A stretch of 63,418 bases of DNA, the filler included, from Intoshia linei (Eukaryota; Animalia; Orthonectida): assembly GCA_001642005.1 (NCBI GenBank). It is 5 parts of 5 records of this genome, joined end to end, with 100 filler letters (N's around TTAATTAATTAA, not from the genome) between each part and the next. Parts side by side here need not be neighbours in the genome. Positions count along the whole stretch, not along the records: positions 62,142 to 63,418 come from LWCA01002696.1; 4 more parts are not named here. The stretch is one strand, 5' to 3'. A program made the translations under genes and the position numbers. Numbering within the stretch: position 1 is the first letter of the stretch; every line of letters begins with the position of its first letter. Of the stretch, positions 62,042 through 63,418 are shown one piece after another. The notes beneath the pieces were generated by a model, which did not search any database, was not told where the DNA came from, and saw nothing but the letters and a program-made list of their open reading frames with translations.

Positions 62042-62141
62042 NNNNNNNNNNNNNNNNNNNNNNNNNNNNNNNNNNNNNNNNNNNNTTAATTAATTAANNN
62101 NNNNNNNNNNNNNNNNNNNNNNNNNNNNNNNNNNNNNNNNN
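62042..62141. other. Artificial contig/scaffold spacer
   Basis: Same 100-nt spacer. Confidence 0.97.
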
Positions 62142-62299
62142 GACAGAGTTCCCAATAATACCAGGTATTCAATTTTGGATGATATAATTGATCAAGCTGA
62201 AACACACAGTATTAAATCAAGATGTAGTTGAAGCAATAGATGTTTCAAGTACAAGATTAAAGCGAAATGCCAAATTGCCAATTAGATTTTTCAATCTAA

Positions 62300-63010
62300 A
62301 AAAATATCTTCCTTGTGTTTTTCTTTTTTAGAATCTTCCAGGCCATCAGGGCAATATTGTAATAATTCCGATTCTAACTGAAACTATTTGGATTCCTTTA
62401 CATATCGAGGATCAAGTAAGAAGCCCATTCTGTGTGCTTCCCCGCACATAAATTCAAATTTTTTATCATTTAAATAAAGAAGATAGTCTTTTTCTTCGTT
62501 GTTGATTTTCTTCAACAACTTTACATTTTCCACATTTGCAAATTTAAATGTGTAAAATACATCGGAAATTGGAACTTTGTCATTTTGAAATTTGATCAGT
62601 TGTTTATCGATCATTTCTAAGATTTCGAGGCTCTTCTTTAGGTTGTGGATAAAATCTTTGCTGCATATAAACAATTTTATGTTAGTTTTTCCAACCTTTT
62701 GCTTTAACATACCAGATATAAAAGACCTAGAACTGCATAGGTTGTATAGAATCTTTTCAGCGTTTAAAATAGATTCCATATAGTTCTTGAGAGATCCCCA
62801 TCTCGTGGAAGCCGGAGTACAGAGGTGTTTTAAATTTCTTCTCCAATGCCGCCTTAATCATCTGGTGATTGGTAAAAAAAGATACCAATTCCTTGCATTT
62901 AAATGTAAACTTCAATAGATCCTGAAAAGGGTAATTTGTGGGATACCCTTTTTTTCGTTGCATCAAATATATCCTTCACAAAAAGGTTTAACCCATGTGA
63001 GACACACCCG
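62300..63010 (-). pseudogene. hAT transposase fragment
   Basis: GCVSHGLNLF (CxxH motif), ELVSFFTNHQ, TRW-like region, KFQNDKVPISDV and GFLLDPRY, with frameshifts. Confidence 0.75.
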
Positions 63011-63418
63011 TGAAAAAATTTCTGAGGGAGTTTTTTTTTAAAATAGACCAGTATATATATAATATATTAGACCAAGATAAAACAGTATTAATAGCATACT
63101 TTAAAACTAAAATAATATAACTGAAATCAAAGAGATAAAATGTACACTACTACACAGATTAGATAAAAATATTTATTTTTTACATAATTTATATCTAAAT
63201 TTACGAAGCATGACTATGTCATTTAAATTACAATTATTTAATTCTGCATAAGTGATGCATTTAGATAAGCATTGAACCATTTTCACAATATCATTGTCTG
63301 TATATGATTCATATTGAACAAGGTCTATATACCTACATAATCATTAATTATATAATTTTGTGTATAATTATATATAAGTGTTTCCTAAACCGCGGTCGTG
63401 ACAAATTTTTAATCAAAT

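Overview
Very AT-rich eukaryotic (animal-like) genomic DNA with GT-AG introns, the shortest 36-47 nt. The window is five sequence blocks joined by 100-nt N44-TTAATTAATTAA-N44 spacers, so adjacency across spacers is not reliable. Manual splicing gives six host genes: a 16-exon TAO/STE20 kinase (1938-17369 +), a tandem paralog with matching exon sizes but a degraded active site, i.e. an intact TAO pseudokinase (22482-30421 +), a partial F-box/LRR gene (-), a complete signal peptide + 3xIg + hydrophobic tail IgLON/lachesin-like gene (-), the 5' part of a TMC channel gene (+), and an FHA...BRCT MDC1-like gene (-). Non-coding DNA is dense with transposons. These include about 15-20 pieces of one non-autonomous Helitron family (mostly antisense to host genes), many hAT/Buster MITEs and relics (one nested cluster whose empty site is also in the window), a decayed IR/DR Tc1 with DD35 spacing, a DD37E relic, pogo MITEs, and a gypsy RT relic. 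The best candidate for a new system is the adjacent TAO kinase/pseudokinase pair. No tRNA, rRNA or CRISPR was found. All calls rest on motif recognition by eye; no database searches were run.
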